Source: the human T2T-CHM13v2.0 reference genome, Homo sapiens. From it: a stretch of 64,000 bases of DNA. Below the pieces are notes generated by a model that searched no databases, was not told the origin of the DNA, and saw only the letters and a list, made by a program, of their open reading frames with translations. This document shows positions 1 to 20,514 of this stretch, one piece after another. The stretch lies in NCBI GenBank assembly GCA_009914755.4, contig CP068257.2, positions 41,248,001 to 41,312,000 of the forward strand. The letters are read 5' to 3'. Made by a program: the position numbers and the translations under genes. The number at the start of each line of letters is the position of its first letter. Positions within the stretch are counted from its first letter, which is position 1.

Positions 1-232
1 TGACGCTGGGCAGAACACTTACCCCAGAGGAGGACAGAAGCAGCCCGGGCTGAGTTGGCACCACGGAGATACGGCTCACAAACCTGTGAGGGCGAGAGGG
101 AGCGGCAGAGTCAGCGAGCCCAGCGCCCGCAGGGACCGGGAGGCCTGGGGAGGCCGCCTGTTCATCTAAGGAAGAGAAGCCTCTGCCCTAAACCCCCTGA
201 TCCAATAAAAACAGCCAACATGGGAAGTAGCT

Positions 233-259
233 GTTAACCCTAACCTGGTTAGGGTTAAC
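233..259. repeat. Short inverted repeat built from telomeric hexamers (gttaaccctaacc t ggttagggttaac)
   Basis: 13-bp arms are exact reverse complements, separated by 1 nt; contains (CCCTAA)2 / (TTAGGG)2 facing each other. Confidence 0.6.
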
Positions 260-1390
260 CAGGTGGAGGCCCCTGGACGCAGTCGGGGAGGTGAGTGAGG
301 TCATTCCTGGGTCCCCAACAGCACAGCAACCTCTAACCCAGGCCGCTCCTCAGCCATGCCTGCCAGAGACCCAAGCGCCTCTGTGCCCCTCTGCAGCCCC
401 CTCTGCAGCAGCTCTGCTCAGCGGCACCTCTACAGGCCCCCCAGCACCCACCCTGGCCCAAGGCACCTGCACTGTGATGAAAGGAGCCTTGGGGGAGACT
501 CAAAGACACGGGGGAGACTCAAAGACACAGCACACAGGGAGGAGGGTGGAGGGAGGAGGGCAGCCAAGCCCACAGGTTCCTATCAGGGTCCTGACGGCCC
601 CTCAGCAACAACTCTGAGTGACCTGGCCAGACAGCTGTCTCTGCTGAGCCCGGCCCAGTCCTCCTGTGAGGGGTTGGCCTGCAAGCACAGGACTCAAAGT
701 CACAGGGACCCTCCCATCAGAACAGCCATGAAGAATAACCCAAGCAGCCCAGCTCGCCTGGAAACCCATCTTGGCTCGGGCACCTACAAGGGTGACAAGG
801 CCCCTTTTCTTCCCACTCTAACACAGTGGCCTCAAGCAATCCCTCATGCACGGGGTTCCCGGGGACCCTGGAATGGGGTGGCCCGTGAGCCTCACTCCAT
901 CTCCACCAGTCATGGCCTCTGCTACCTTGGGCTAGCCATCGCGTGAGCCGGGCCCAGTCCCGCAGCCACCGCCCTGCACGGCACCACAGCACCAACAGCA
1001 GCCCACAGCCCAGGACAGATAGGGCACAGGACGCCCCGTGCAGAGGGCACGAGTGGCCTCACAGTTCTCAACGGTTTGAAAGGCCGGGAAACCAGTTTCC
1101 AGGGGTCTGAAACAAAATCTCAAAACATAATTCGTCCAATCACTGCAGTTATCTACTGAGCACCTACTCATGCCAGGCACCACGCTGAGGGCTGCACACA
1201 CCAACAGGCCCAACAGACCCACAGAACCACTCAGACGCAGCGGGAGACGGCCAGTGAACCAACCGATACTGCAATGTCAGCAAAGGGCACAGAACAGCAC
1301 ATCCAGCAGAAACACACCTCCAGCCACACACAGGGGCCACGGGGCTTTGTTTTCAATTTGCCAGCCACTATGTTGAAAAGTAAACGGGCA

Positions 1391-1824
<434 letters not shown>

Positions 1825-2641
1825 TCAGCAGAAACCTCCCTCACGTGCCTGGCGAGGCAAGGGAGCTGCAGAGACCCCAGCGAGAGATGGTGAAGGGGAG
1901 GGGCCGGGGGGCTGCAGGCCAGAGAACTCCAGAGCTGGATCACTAGCGAACTAAATGCAAGTCAGAAGAAGCTATCCTGAGGCACACACCAGTGACTGGC
2001 CTTCTTAAACAGGAAATGTTTGGATCAAAACCAGGAAAACACAGGCAACCTCGGCACTGAATTTCCTCCCTCCAATTTCTTCCACTGCCTCAAATAATAT
2101 ATTTTAAAACATTTCAGCCAATTACACTAAGCGTTTTTCCTTTGTGTAAATTCTAATGAGCTTTTTGTGTGAGACAGAAGCGGGCATTCAGAAACACCTC
2201 CACATGGGTCCTGGCAGAGTGTGCTGCCACGAGAGACGCCGCCACCTGGCTGCAGAGGCCGCTTAATTCTTGGACAGCTGAAATCACTAAAGTTCATCCT
2301 CGCCCCCAACACCCCCACCACCCACCAGCGAACAACTCCCGGGCATGGTGCAGGGGTCTCCACACTGAGACAGGGGTTTCCCGGAAACAAGCCCTTCCTG
2401 TTCGGTCAGGCCCAATGCCAAGTTACTGGCACAGACTCCGGGTAACAGCGCAGAGTGAACCCCACCCTTTCAGGGCTTCTGCAGGCAGCACCACGGCGCC
2501 TGCAGTGACCAAACACCAAGCACGGGGGCTGCTGTCACCCGCGTGGGGCCTCGCCAGCTACAACGGCACCTGCTGAGCCGCAAGCTGACGCTGTTTTCAA
2601 ACAGACCTTCTTTCTGCTGGAGGGGCAGGAAGGGGCACTCA

Positions 2642-2929
<288 letters not shown>

Positions 2930-3624
2930 TCATTCTCCCTCCCCAGAGGGTCCCTGGCCACCTCTAGCCCTCACTCCTCAGTGCTAGAGCAGGCTTCTGG
3001 GGTGGGGCAGTGCCACCCCTGCCTGCCTGTCTCCCGCACCTTGGCAAATCCAGGCCCCACGCCCATTTCCACCCGCCGCAGGCCTGCTGCACCCTCCTGC
3101 CCAACACTGGGTTGCCTTCCTGTCACACATGTCCCCACACCCATCTGTCACCAAGTCCCAGTGAGGTTCCCTTTGATACCCCACACTCGCCATTGTTCCT
3201 GACTGTCCCTGTGTGCGTCCAATCCCAGCTCCACCACCCGGGCTGTGGGCCTGCGCCCTCTGGGGCTCCAGGTGTGTGTCTGTGACACACGGGGCACACA
3301 GAGTGGGGTGACAGGGGCTGCTGGGAGCAGTGCTGAGGTGATGCTCCTACAGCACCTGGCACAGCTCCCGGCCAAGGAGGCGGAGCCAGAGGCTCGTGGC
3401 TGCACCTGCTCCTCCCACACCTTCACTTCCAACCTGGGGCCACCTACTGGCCACCTCCTGTCTCACTTGCCTTCTTCATTCTCCCTGCTGTCTGCTCCAC
3501 CTTCCTAAATCCTGTTCCCACCACTCCCCTGCTCCCAAATCTGCAGAGGGCTGTCCCTGCTACGGGGGAGCCCCACTCTCCCCACCAAACGCTGGGGCAC
3601 AGACCGGGCAGACGTTGATTCAGC

Positions 3625-3800
3625 CTGTACCCCACATACCATGTCCCCCACGTACTGCGTCTAACAGCATGGACAGGTGCCTGAGCCTTGACAGGGTAGA
3701 CATTGACTCAGCGTATGCCCCACGTGCCACGTCCCCCATGTACCGTGTCCCACACCTGCCATGTCCCCCACCTACCACGTCCCCCACCTACCACATCTAA
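3625..3800. repeat. Imperfect ~17-bp tandem repeat (ccatgtcccccacctac-like units)
   Basis: Repeated ccacgtcccccatgtaccgtgtcccacacctgccatgtcccccacctaccacgtcccccacctaccac; also a near-duplication of ...tctaacagcatRgacaggtgcc. Confidence 0.55.
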
Positions 3801-3948
3801 CAGCATAGACAGGTGCCCCAGCTCTAGACGGCCACACCCGTGTGGCTCCAGCACCGAAAAGGAGTAGACGTCTCCAGACTTGTCGGCCACCAAGACCTTC
3901 TCCTCCGAGGCTATGAAAGTCAGGGCTGTACACCTCCTTGCCACGGTC
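3792..3948 (-). CDS. WDR4: WDR4 coding exon 4 (G + [52 protein letters not shown])
   Basis: Minus-strand acceptor ccttctag|G (AG at 3950-3949) and donor GTG|GTAGGT (GT at 3791-3790); 157 nt = 1 + 52 codons, phase-compatible with exon 3 (2-nt overhang AG) and exon 5 (phase 0). Confidence 0.85.
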
Positions 3949-4176
3949 CTAGAAGGCCAGAAAGACACCCCCATTAGCTTCCAGGAGCAGCGCAGGGTCC
4001 TCGACAGCCTGGCAGGCCACGTGGGCGGTGGCAGGCACCGGTACCTGGCCATATGCTCTGTTTTCCAGCTGCTGAAGGTGGTGCCAAAAAAATTAAGCAA
4101 TGCTAACAACTGGAACAAAGCCAATGCCTTCGACAAATTTACTTTCACAACGTTTTTCTTTAAGAAAATTGCTCCT

Positions 4177-4490
<314 letters not shown>

Positions 4491-7401
4491 AGAAAATTGC
4501 TCCTGATGGTGGGATCTAGGTGGTGGATAAATGCGTGACAAAATCCTCAACTTTCCTGTGTGTTTGAAAACTGTCATCAAGAAATGGGGGAATGGTTCCT
4601 TAACCCCAGAGTCTTCATCATGCATCGAGGGAGACAACGGCCCTCTCCATAAACGCTGAGTGTGCTGGGGGCCACTGTCAAGGACAAAGGCAGGCACCAG
4701 TCTCCAGGGCCCCCCAGCCTTGCCGCTCCCCTGACCCACACTGACCCCTGCTGCTCGTTCTGCTGCGTCGAACCAGGAGCCTCAGACAGAGAGCCGTGCC
4801 CCATGCCCTGCAGAGGGATGGAGGGGCCTGGCCACCCTCAGGGCAGGACCCAGCCCAGGGCAGCAGTGAGGCAGCACCCTACCCTCCTCGGGAGGAAGCT
4901 CGGTTATCCAGCGTGTGAGAGGCCTGCGCTCCCCCCAGTCCACATCCACATCAGCACATCCATGAATCCAACCCCGACCCAGAGTCATGGATGCACCAGA
5001 GTTCCGGATGCAGCACGTTTGCACACTGCTTCAGTAAGAACCAAAGTCACAGTTCGCTCCCTCTCCTTCGCCAGGGCTCAGGGCTACACTACTTCCTGGG
5101 GCTCTCATTTCCACATCATTTCTACTGGAATCGTCCCGTATTTATGTCCTCTCCACAAGGCAGGGACCCATATGTTCTATTTTACATAGATATGAGTTGT
5201 AGCACAGCTTCCCACACACGCAGTTAGCCACAGGGCCTCACTACAGAACAGCAGCCAGCCCTGCTTCCCCACCCCCAGGGCTGTGGCAGCACACACTGCC
5301 CAATACGCAGCCAACACCAGGCAGACAAGTACAGGGCGCCCGGCCCACTGCGGCTGGAAATTGAGATGGAAGCTTCAGGAACGCTGTCCTCAATGAGGCC
5401 CCTATGTTTCTCTCAGGGGCAGAGGGACTAAAAGACAGAAAAGGGCAGGCAGGACCTTTGGGCCACACCCCAGGCTGGAAGCAGCATCCCTCCTCCTCCC
5501 TCACAGCTGTGCAGCAGAGCTGCAGAAGGGAGGCAGAAGGGAAGTATAACGGGGTAAACACAGAGAAAACAAGGACAAAGAAAGATAATTACGCTCTGGG
5601 GCAAGATTAATCAGAATTCTCAGGGTGCACTGCAATTTAAACAAACAGCCCTGCACTGCACCAGCGACACAGCCCCCAATGTCCGATGGGCTCATTAAGC
5701 AGCTGCCACAAACACGACCATGGTGGCACAGAGGAGCAGCCCAAGAGGATGCCACAGGGAGGGGGGATGGACTTGGACTCACAGGGCGCTCATCCCCCCA
5801 GCCTGGCTGGAAGGCGTGTGGCACAGATGGCCCCCGACACCGTGCCTCCTGCCCAGCTCAGCAGAGGGCACTGCTCCGCGTCCCTTTGTCCTGCCCCAGC
5901 CGGAGGCTCCCAGCCTCTCCAGCTGGGCTTATCCTGGCACCGATTCTAGGACGCAGCGGAGCCTTACTCGCAGGCTTGGGTGCTAGGATCCAAGGGAGGT
6001 CACAGAATGGGGCAGGTCACTGGACCAATGGCAAGCCGGCCTGTCACCCTAGCTGAGGCACAACCCCGCCCGCCCTCCAACCCCCAGCCTGTGCAGGGTC
6101 TCGGGTCTCGGGTCTCAGCACTCCCTCCACAGTCACTGGGTTCAGGGCCCAGAGACCAGCAGAACCTAGCAAGTAACCACCCATCTCCACACCCTCCGTT
6201 CTCTGCCAGGAGTCGAGTGGCTGAGCCCTGAACTCCCAGACTGAGTTGGCACTGCCCCAAGCCCCCCTCCAGAGAGCCGCCTGGGCAGCCCCAACAGGGC
6301 ACTGAGGACACCAGGCACCATCCACACCCACACTCCAGCAGCCAGGCGCTCTCTCTCCACCCCCTGGGCAGAGCGAATCAGATGGTTCTCTGGCTCTGCC
6401 TTTCCCACATGCTGCCGTGGCTCTCACAGTCGTTTTCGGAAACACAGACTCCACTGGGAGGATTTCTCCCTCATAAACACACATGTCAAAATCAATGTAT
6501 CACTCGTCACCCTGTGTCCTCATCTTCGGCTTGGAAAACCTGGCCTCAGTCCCTCGGGCCAAGAGTCTCCTGACTGCCCAGGTGGCAGGCCCTCCGTCCC
6601 TTGCGGTTCTAAACTGCTACCTGGGAAAGAATCGTTGCTGCCCACAACTTCCATCTTGGCTACGCCTCAAAACCCTTCAACAGGAAGCTTCCCAGCAGCA
6701 GCACAGTAACAAAGCAACCATGGGACAGAGCCTAGGGTCTCGCCCAGCTCAGGGGCATCCTGCAGTGGTGCAGGGCCTCAGTGAAATGCAGAGAGGCTAG
6801 GAGTACATGGAACCTCTAAAACTGAACGGAGGTGGATGTGCTAAGCGTGGGCGGTTTTCTGGGGAGAGGGTGCATCAGATCTAAGAGTCTGAGATCTAAG
6901 AGGCATAAAAAGCCTCCAGGTGTGGGGAGCAGCCCCCATGTTTGCGGACCAGCCACAGGGTGCTGCCTGCCAGCTCAGCATGGTTCCACTCACCCTAGTC
7001 CTCTCCTTGAAAGCAGCTCCTGATAAAACTCACCCTATGCCCCTCTCCCTGCCCCACTCGCATCCCCCAAACCTACTCCTCCTGCCACAATAATCCCCTC
7101 CAATTTCTCACTGAGAGAAAGGGTAACAATTTCACTCCACCCGATGCTGAAAAGTTCACAAACCCACAATTCTAAAGGAATTTTAAAAAGATTATTGAGG
7201 AATTTGCCAAGAGATGTTGAAAGTGGCAGTAACTTCACAACTGTACCCACTGTCCTGCAGTTCAACTAGAGAAAGGGGAGGCAGCAAGGCGTGCCCTACA
7301 CCAAGGTCAGGAGAAACCCCAAGCCACACCATCGAGGCGGGATTTTGTAATCTGCTGCCTGGACTGCATCAAATCACATGGTCCATCTTCCACACCACCT
7401 A

Positions 7402-7840
<439 letters not shown>

Positions 7841-8081
7841 TCATCCCAAATGCTCGGGACGAAAAGTGCTTTGCACTTCAGATTTGTTCAGGTTTTGGAA
7901 TATTTGCAAATACTTACTGGCTCAGCATCCCTAACCTAAAAATCCAAAATCCGAAACATTCCAGTGAGCATTTCCTTTGAGCATCTTCCCTATGCTCACA
8001 AAATTTCGGATTTTGGAGGATTGTGAATTTCAGATTAGGGGTACTTAAACTAGATGCACTGCCCACTCTTGGACTTGTGCT

Positions 8082-8240
<159 letters not shown>

Positions 8241-10077
8241 TAAAGAGAATCACACCAGCACACAACCTTCAAAAGACGAGTCAACACAGCAAGACATCTC
8301 CCTCTTGGCAAAGCACCTACAACCAAGGATGAAGAGGCCCCCCACCCGCCCAGCCTGCAGCGGTATCTGCATCCACCACGAGTCCCAACTCATGGAGCTC
8401 TCAACCTCAAATGACCTCCTCCAAGAAGCCAACTGCCACAGGCAACCACATTGAGTGGAGAGAATTCTAGATTCCTCCCTCCTCTGGGCCATGCACGATG
8501 CCAGGAGCAGAGGCCCCGTCCCTCTGGAGGAGTCAGAACCCCTGGAGGAGCCCTGGGCCTCCGCGCTTCCATCAGGGTGAAGAAGCTCCACTGTTAGGAA
8601 CCAGGACACAGCGGGCAGGCAGACTGGACATCCCCTCTCTCCCAAGTTCAAAGTGAGACACTACCTCTGGACAGCAAGCTCACATTGAAGTAAGGTGACA
8701 TTCCACCCACGTCTCCATCTTTCTGGCAACCTCAGAACTTCACAGCCGCAGCACTGTCCAGACTTGAAAGAGTCAGCGTCTTCAAGACACGAGTGAGCTC
8801 CCTGCCCGCTCACCCCCACCACCAGCCAGGCCTACGGCACACACGGCCAGACCCAGCCTCCCCTACCCTCTGCAGGCAGTGGCTACTCCTCAAATGGTGT
8901 CTGGTACCAGACATCAAAAGCCTTGGCACAGGGTACACCCTCTGCATAGTGAAGAATTAACCTTGCCTTTGGCCTCATCTCCAAGAGTAGGGGCCTTGGG
9001 CCCCACAGGCAGCCTAAGTACGTGATTTAGGGCAGGGGCCTGGGGCCACAAGGTGTCCACTCCACCTCTGGAGGGGCTGGGAACTAAAAGTCAGCCACCC
9101 CCACAGCATGTGATCAACCCCAAGGAAACCGCTGGACACCAAGGCTTGGGAAGCTTCGCCGTGTCTGTTGTCACACATTGGTGCCAGTAAACCCACACTG
9201 TCCACACCTCTGCTGTCCCAGTTGCTCTGGCTCAAACTTCCCGAAGTTTAAAGGCAGGAAGAGGTACAAGGAAACACTAGCATTTGAGCAGTGGAACAGT
9301 GCAAACAATGTAACAACTCAGCTACAGGGAATGACACAGTGTTGTCAACACTGCCCTGGCGGGGGGGAACAGGCTATAGGCTAGCACATGCCACCACTAC
9401 AGTGTAACACATGCAAATCCTGTAATCCATCTGCAGAGAGGAGGAGGAGGGCCTGGCCCCAGTGCTCATCCCATACTCTGGCTCTGGGTGGTGAAATTCA
9501 GGGTGGTTTTTGTTCTTGCTCTCATTTTGTACTTCTCAGTGGTTTCCAATTTTCTGTACGGACCAAAACCAAAGGATAAAAAAGGCAAAAGGTAGCATGA
9601 GAGGACACCGAACTGTACTCCAGGGGAAGCAGACAAGTGAGAATTCACTCCCAACTTCTACAACCCCACTCACCATAGCTGAACGGGAACCCACACATTC
9701 CACTGTTGTCTAAGTAACTGGATCACGTCTGAGATCCGTGTACACATCGGCACGTGGATCTCAGCTCTGCACTTGTTCTTGACCCCAGGGCTTTGAAGTT
9801 TTGTCAGCTAAGGCAAGGGTATTGGAAAATGCTAATCCAGTCTCAGTGGTTACCGGTGCAGCTCACCTTACACACCTGTGCCACAGAAAGGCCGTGTGAG
9901 AAAGGCCATGTTGAGAGCCACACTTTGGGAGATGGGCTTATTTTGTAAAACTAAAGTGTCCAAATATAAAGAGCTCCTACAAATAAACAACACCCCAATG
10001 GAAAAACATAGGATATGGAAAAAAAAAAAGTTTACAAAACACAAATGATTCTTAAGTATATAAAGAGTTGCTCTTCT

Positions 10078-10403
<326 letters not shown>

Positions 10404-10420
10404 TCAAGAAAACTGCTGTA

Positions 10421-10722
<302 letters not shown>

Positions 10723-10856
10723 CACAGAGCATATGGCCTAGCCCAGATGAAATGAATCACAAAGTCTGTGCTTTCACAAGACACCCAAGCGGCTCTTGTG
10801 CACTATGCCTATGCCAGAGCTCAGCCAGGGCCTTTACTTTAGGAAAAGAATTACCA

Positions 10857-11173
<317 letters not shown>

Positions 11174-11269
11174 TTAGATCATTTCATTTTTAACTTTTGG
11201 GAGTCAAAGCCCCCTTTGAGAATCTCATGTGAATTATGAAAGCTCTCTACAGCAGCCAGTGTCCGAAAG

Positions 11270-11650
11270 GCAAAATGAACTGTTATGTGCTTAACTGAAT
11301 CCTCCAAACCACAACTCCTATGTTGAAGCCCTGACCTACCTAGGACCTCAGAATGTAACTGTATTTGGATAGGACCTTTACAGAGGTGAAACAGAGGTCA
11401 TTGGGATAGCCCTGACCCCATCTGACCAGTGTCCTTTCAGGAACAGGAAATGAGGACATAGACACAAAAGGACGACTCTGTGAGGACATAGGGAGAAGAC
11501 GCCATCAGCAAGCCAAGGAGAGAGGCCTCAGAGGAACCAGCCCTGTCCTGCCAGCCCCTTGATCTTGGTTTTCCAGCCCCTACAACTGTGAGAAAATTGT
11601 TATTTAAGGCCCCTAGTCTGTGGTATCTTGTTGGGCAGCCCAAGCAGACT
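11270..11650 (+). mobile_element. MaLR (MLT1-like) LTR fragment
   Basis: Characteristic MaLR 3' block: ...gaggacatagggagaagacgccatcagcaagccaaggagagaggcctcagaggaaccagccctgtcctgccagccccttgatcttggttttccagcccctacaactgtgagaaaattgttatttaaggcccctagtctgtggtatcttgttgggcagcccaagcagactaggaca. Confidence 0.5.
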
Positions 11651-12167
11651 AGGACAACTACTATCTTCTTTCAACACTGAGAGGTGAAAACCTGTCCATC
11701 CCTCCTTCCCACAGGTTGTCCAAGAAACCCAAAGTCAAGGCCAACCTACTAGAAAGCCCCTGCCACCTGCAGAGATCCCTGTGGAGGGGCTCAGAGCAGG
11801 ACACCTCAAGGCCACCTTGAGGCATTCACCCTGAATCCTGAAAACACTTCCCATCTTCTCTATTCTAGGTCCTAAATGACTTACTCATGTGGCTATCTTA
11901 GCAAGAGGATGCCGTTCACAGGCCTTTCAAGATAAAGATGACGCGATCCACAGCAGTCAGGTGGAAGCAGCCATTTATTATCAGTTATAACTCAGACATG
12001 TAGGGACATGCATTTAAAAGTCATTTTCCTACTGGGAAACCATCACTGCCTATGGGAAAGGAGCCAGAAGGTGGGTAAGAAGGGAGACTGACGCATACTC
12101 TTTGGTTTAATTTTGTTGTGTTTTAAGTTTTTAAACCATGTGCATCTATTACCTACCTGATACACAA

Positions 12168-12245
12168 AGACACAAAAACATATTGTAAATCACATATACA
12201 TAAAAACATATATAGTAAAACCCGTATACACAAAAACACATAGAG
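12168..12245. repeat. Short imperfect tandem repeat (acacaaaaacatatat-like)
   Basis: cacaaagacacaaaaacatattgtaaatcacatatacataaaaacatatatagtaaaacccgtatacacaaaaacacatagagtag. Confidence 0.5.
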
Positions 12246-12342
12246 TAGAAATGATGCAGCGTTTCAGGGCTTTCTTTTTAACCTGACTGGAAGAGAGGAC
12301 AGAGCAGGCATTCATTGCTTTTGATGCCACCTAGAATTTGGC

Positions 12343-12638
<296 letters not shown>

Positions 12639-12679
12639 TGAATTTGGGTTTTTACTCTTCTCTTTGAAAATAAGATGAG

Positions 12680-13303
<624 letters not shown>

Positions 13304-13877
13304 GGAGGAATAGGGAAGGCAGAAGAACCTTTCCGGACTTTGCTAAGTAAGAGGGCAAGGCATAGCGATATCTCCCGTTCTTGCCAGAGTTACTGGCCTC
13401 CCCATCCCCACGGATCCACTCCCCATCCACTCTTCAGATACTCAGACATATGTGCACTAAACCCACCTAGCTTAATACTATGGTACAGACCCCTCAACAG
13501 ACCCCAAATCCCTATCACTCTCCAGGGCAGGCTCACAGCCTTGTTCCTGCTAATCACAAGGACAGAGGACTGCCCTGGAAAACAGGGGCACCAACACTGT
13601 AGGTGGAGGGACCAGCAGCAGGGCCCGGCTCTGTCTTCCGAGCCCACTGATCGGAGTCTGCTACCTAACTGTTCACCACCCAGCGTGGGACAGAACAGCA
13701 CCCCTGCACCCTCCCAGAACTGCCGTGAGGATCAGATCAGCCAACACACATGTGGCACTGAAAGTGGTGTCTGGCACTGAACTGCGGCTCCGTGTCAACC
13801 ACTTATCACCCTTATCACCATGTTATGGTCACTATTGCTACAGGCATGCAAGGATAAGGTGTGCATTCGACATCTTA

Positions 13878-14078
<201 letters not shown>

Positions 14079-14385
14079 CTAAGGAAATAAGGCTGCATTC
14101 CTTGTTGGCCAGCGTGGTAATTTCTAACATGGGAGGAGGTAGAAACTGTTAAGGGGATCACGTAGCCAAAATACAGACATATTAAAGGGACATGGGGAAG
14201 TTCAAAACAGCTCTAATTTTATCAGCATGAAGCCTAACTAAACAGAAAATCTCCCAGCATACATGCCAGAACCCAGAGAGCTAAGCTGGAAGAACCCTCA
14301 ATGACACATGGCCCTCTTCCTCATGGGCAAGGACTAACCCAAGGCTAGAGGCAGGGATAAACTCACATTAACAATACTAATAACA

Positions 14386-14427
14386 GGCCAGGTATGGTAG
14401 CTCAGACCTATAATCTCAGCACTTTGG
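14386..14427 (+). mobile_element. 5' piece of an Alu that was split by LTR insertion (remainder at 15516-16065)
   Basis: ggccaggtatggtagctcagacctataatctcagcactttgg stops abruptly at the LTR TG; the Alu resumes at 15516 with actttgggaggacaaggcgagagg. Confidence 0.8.
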
Positions 14428-15515
14428 TGTTGCGAGAAGTCAGGGACCCCAAACGGAGGGACCAGCTGAAGCCATGGCAGAAGAATGTGGATTGTGAAGA
14501 TTTCATGGACATTTATTAGTTCCCCAAATTAATACTTTTATAATTTCTTATGCCTGTCTTTACTGCAATCCCTAAACATAAATTGTGAAGATTTCATAGA
14601 CACTTATCACTTCCCCAGTCAATACCCTTGTGATTTCCTATGCCTGTCTTTACTTTAATCTCTTAATCCTGTCAGCCGAGGAGGATGTATGTCACCTCGG
14701 GACCCTGTGATAATTGCGTTGACTGCACAAATTGTAGAGCATGTGTGTTTGAACAATATGAAATCTGGGCACCTTGAAAAAGAATAGGATAACAGCAATG
14801 TTCAGGGAACAAGAGAGATAACCTTAAACTCTGACCGCTGGTGAGCCAGGCGGAACAGAGCCATATTTCTCTTCCTTCAAAAGCAAATGGGAGATATATA
14901 GCTGAATTCTTTTTCTCAGCAAGGAACATCCCTGAGAAAGAGAATGCGCCCCTGAGGGTGGGCCTCTGAAATGGCCCCCTTGGGTGTGGCCGTCTTCTGG
15001 TTGAGACTGTAGGGATGAAATAAGCCCCAGTCTCCCATAGCGCTCCCAGGCTTACTAGGATGAGGAGATTCCCGCCTAATAAATTTTGGTCAGACCGGTT
15101 ACTCTCAAACCCTGTCTCCTGATAAGATGTTATCAATGACAATGGTGCCCGAAACTTATTAGCAATTTTAATTTTGCCCCGGTCCTGTGGTCCTGCAATC
15201 TCGCCCTGCCTCCATTTGCCTCGTGATATTCTATTACCTTGTGAAGCACGTGATCTCTGTGACCCACACCTATTCGTACACTCCCTCCCCTTCTGAAAAT
15301 CCCTAATAAAAACTTGCTGGTTTTACGGCTCAGGAGGCATCACGGAACCTACCGACATGTGATGTCTCCCCCGGACGCCCAGCTTTAAAATTTCTCTCTT
15401 TTGTACTCTGTCCCTTTATTTCTCAAACCGGCCGACGCTTAGGGAAAATTGAAAAGAACCTACGTGAAATATCGGGGGTGAATTTTGCCCAATATCTGGC
15501 TGAATTTCCCCCAAT
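14428..15515 (+). mobile_element. Solo retroviral LTR (family uncertain) inserted into an Alu, in WDR4 intron 2, antisense to WDR4
   Basis: Starts TGTTGCGAG...; internal ~88-bp tandem duplication (gtgaagatttcatRgacaYttatYaRttccccaRNcaata...tttcYtatgcctgtctttacT); AATAAA at about 15305 followed by a U5-like segment; flanked by duplicated Alu sequence actttgg (14421-14427 and 15516-15522) consistent with a target-site duplication. Confidence 0.6.
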
Positions 15516-16065
<550 letters not shown>

Positions 16066-16229
16066 TAATAACGATAAAACAAACTGAGCCACAATACCAA
16101 TGATAACTAAAGAAAGCCACCATACGAAACACTCACATGCTCTACTTTTATATCTCAATTAGCTGAAGTTAACTTCCTACACCCGCCTTCAACCATTATT
16201 TCAAGGAGCCAGTAAGATGTGATTACTGA

Positions 16230-16897
<668 letters not shown>

Positions 16898-17071
16898 TAA
16901 TGCCTAACCTAAAAGTTACTTTTACATGTCTCTCCTGAGGTGCTACTTATCTGCACCACTGTGTGACAGAAGCTAAGAATTCAGCAAGTAGGACAACAAT
17001 TGCTTCTTAGACCCTCTGGTCCCATTATCGAACCATTAAAGCAGGCCCTGAAAAAGCTTCCCCACATCTCA

Positions 17072-17170
<99 letters not shown>

Positions 17171-17203
17171 TTATCATTAGAGAGAAATAACAAAATTTTT
17201 TTT

Positions 17204-17812
<609 letters not shown>

Positions 17813-18132
17813 TAACAATGATTTTTAAAAGAGCACTTTGTTAAAAAAAAAAAAAAAAAGTTGATTTTTTTTCTCTGTGGAACAAAAAATATTTGCACAC
17901 TCATTAAATTAAAAGTTGTATACTTGACAAGAAAACTGTCTAGATACAATATTTCAGGGAACAGTTAACAAACTTTATTTGCTTAATCTCTTATTGGAGT
18001 ATGTCATACTGCATAGTTCTGTGGGAAAAAAAATTTCAGTAAAACAAATGAGGGATAAATACTCAACAGGAATTAATATGCTATTCTTTTAGGCACCACA
18101 AAATCTATGCGACATGGTTATAAGAAATTACG

Positions 18133-18519
<387 letters not shown>

Positions 18520-19776
18520 TCACCTACCTGAAAGTGTTCCCATGACCCCAGGCACTTACCAACATAAGAATCACCCATTTTCCATACTGAACCTAAACTT
18601 CGGTTTATCCCATCCTCACCCCCTGGCACGTATCTTGTACATATTTATAGCCTTTAAAGCGAGTGCACCAAAAAACTTTCCATATGGAACCGTGGACTTG
18701 TCTTCCAAGTCAGAAACTCCACCAGCCACTAGAATTTCCTCAAAATGCAAAGACTGAAGGTAAGCAAATCATGTCTAATATATCCACAGCTCACTCTGGC
18801 AGATATTAGACCGTGAGTCTCTAAAACAAAATCATCTGGGATATGTGACGGGTTTCTGAGTACAATTTTTGTGAGACCTAACTTAACATCGAATTGGCTT
18901 TCTAAAACCAAACGAACAAAAAATATACAGTATATCTGACAGACACGTCGTCCGTTTCAAATATGAAATCACAAATAACCTGGGAAAGGAAACGAGGGGC
19001 TGAAACTGACAGCACTACTAATTGCTCCGAGAGTCCTGAGTTAGGACTGTTCCATCAACAAACATTTACTAAGTTAAAAATCCCCTGCGTCGTCCTAGCA
19101 CTGGCGATACACTAAGGAAGGAGAATAAAATTACGGAAAGCAAAACCCGAGCCGTGCGAAGGGCCACTAGGGAGGTGCGCACTGCGAGCTCCACGTGCAC
19201 CCTTGGGTTGGGTAAGTGTCGGAGATAACTTGGAGCCCTAAGGAGCAATTAAGGCCAGGTGAGTGGATGCAGGCCGGGAAGAGGGAACAGACAACCCTGC
19301 AAAAAGAGGGAGCGCGCTTGGAGGTCAGTGAGCTCGCAGTGAGTAAGCCCCTCCCTTCTCACCAGGGAGACCCGAGACCCGCTTCTTCCCAGTTCTGCAG
19401 AGCGTGTTCGGCCGGGCCTTGCTGACTGGTCAGCGTCGCCCCACGTGCTCTACCTACCCGGTCCCCGCCGGCGCCGCGGAGACCGGAAGCGACCCGGCGG
19501 CGCTAACCGGGCAAGAACACCGCAGACCAGCCATCTAGTGCAAGGAGCGCGCCGGAGCCGGGGAGCGGACGCCGAGAGCGGACGCCGAAAGCGGACCCTC
19601 CAGGCGCAGAGACGCGGCCAGGCCGAGACTGCGGCGGAGGACTCGTGGGCTGGAGCGGAGTTCCCCGGGGTCACCCCAGAGTGGGTGCGACCAGGCGGTG
19701 CGGGAGAAGCGGGGTCGCCAGGACCCGACGCGCGCCCGCAGCCTGGTCTCCCTGTTCCAAGACCAAGGCCCCCTCA

Positions 19777-20514
<738 letters not shown>

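Noticed and set aside
14428-15515. Assigning the solo LTR to a specific family (ERV9/LTR12 suggested by the U3 tandem repeat)
   Set aside because: I cannot recall a consensus well enough to match it, and the 3' terminus does not end in a clean CA. It is left as 'family uncertain'.
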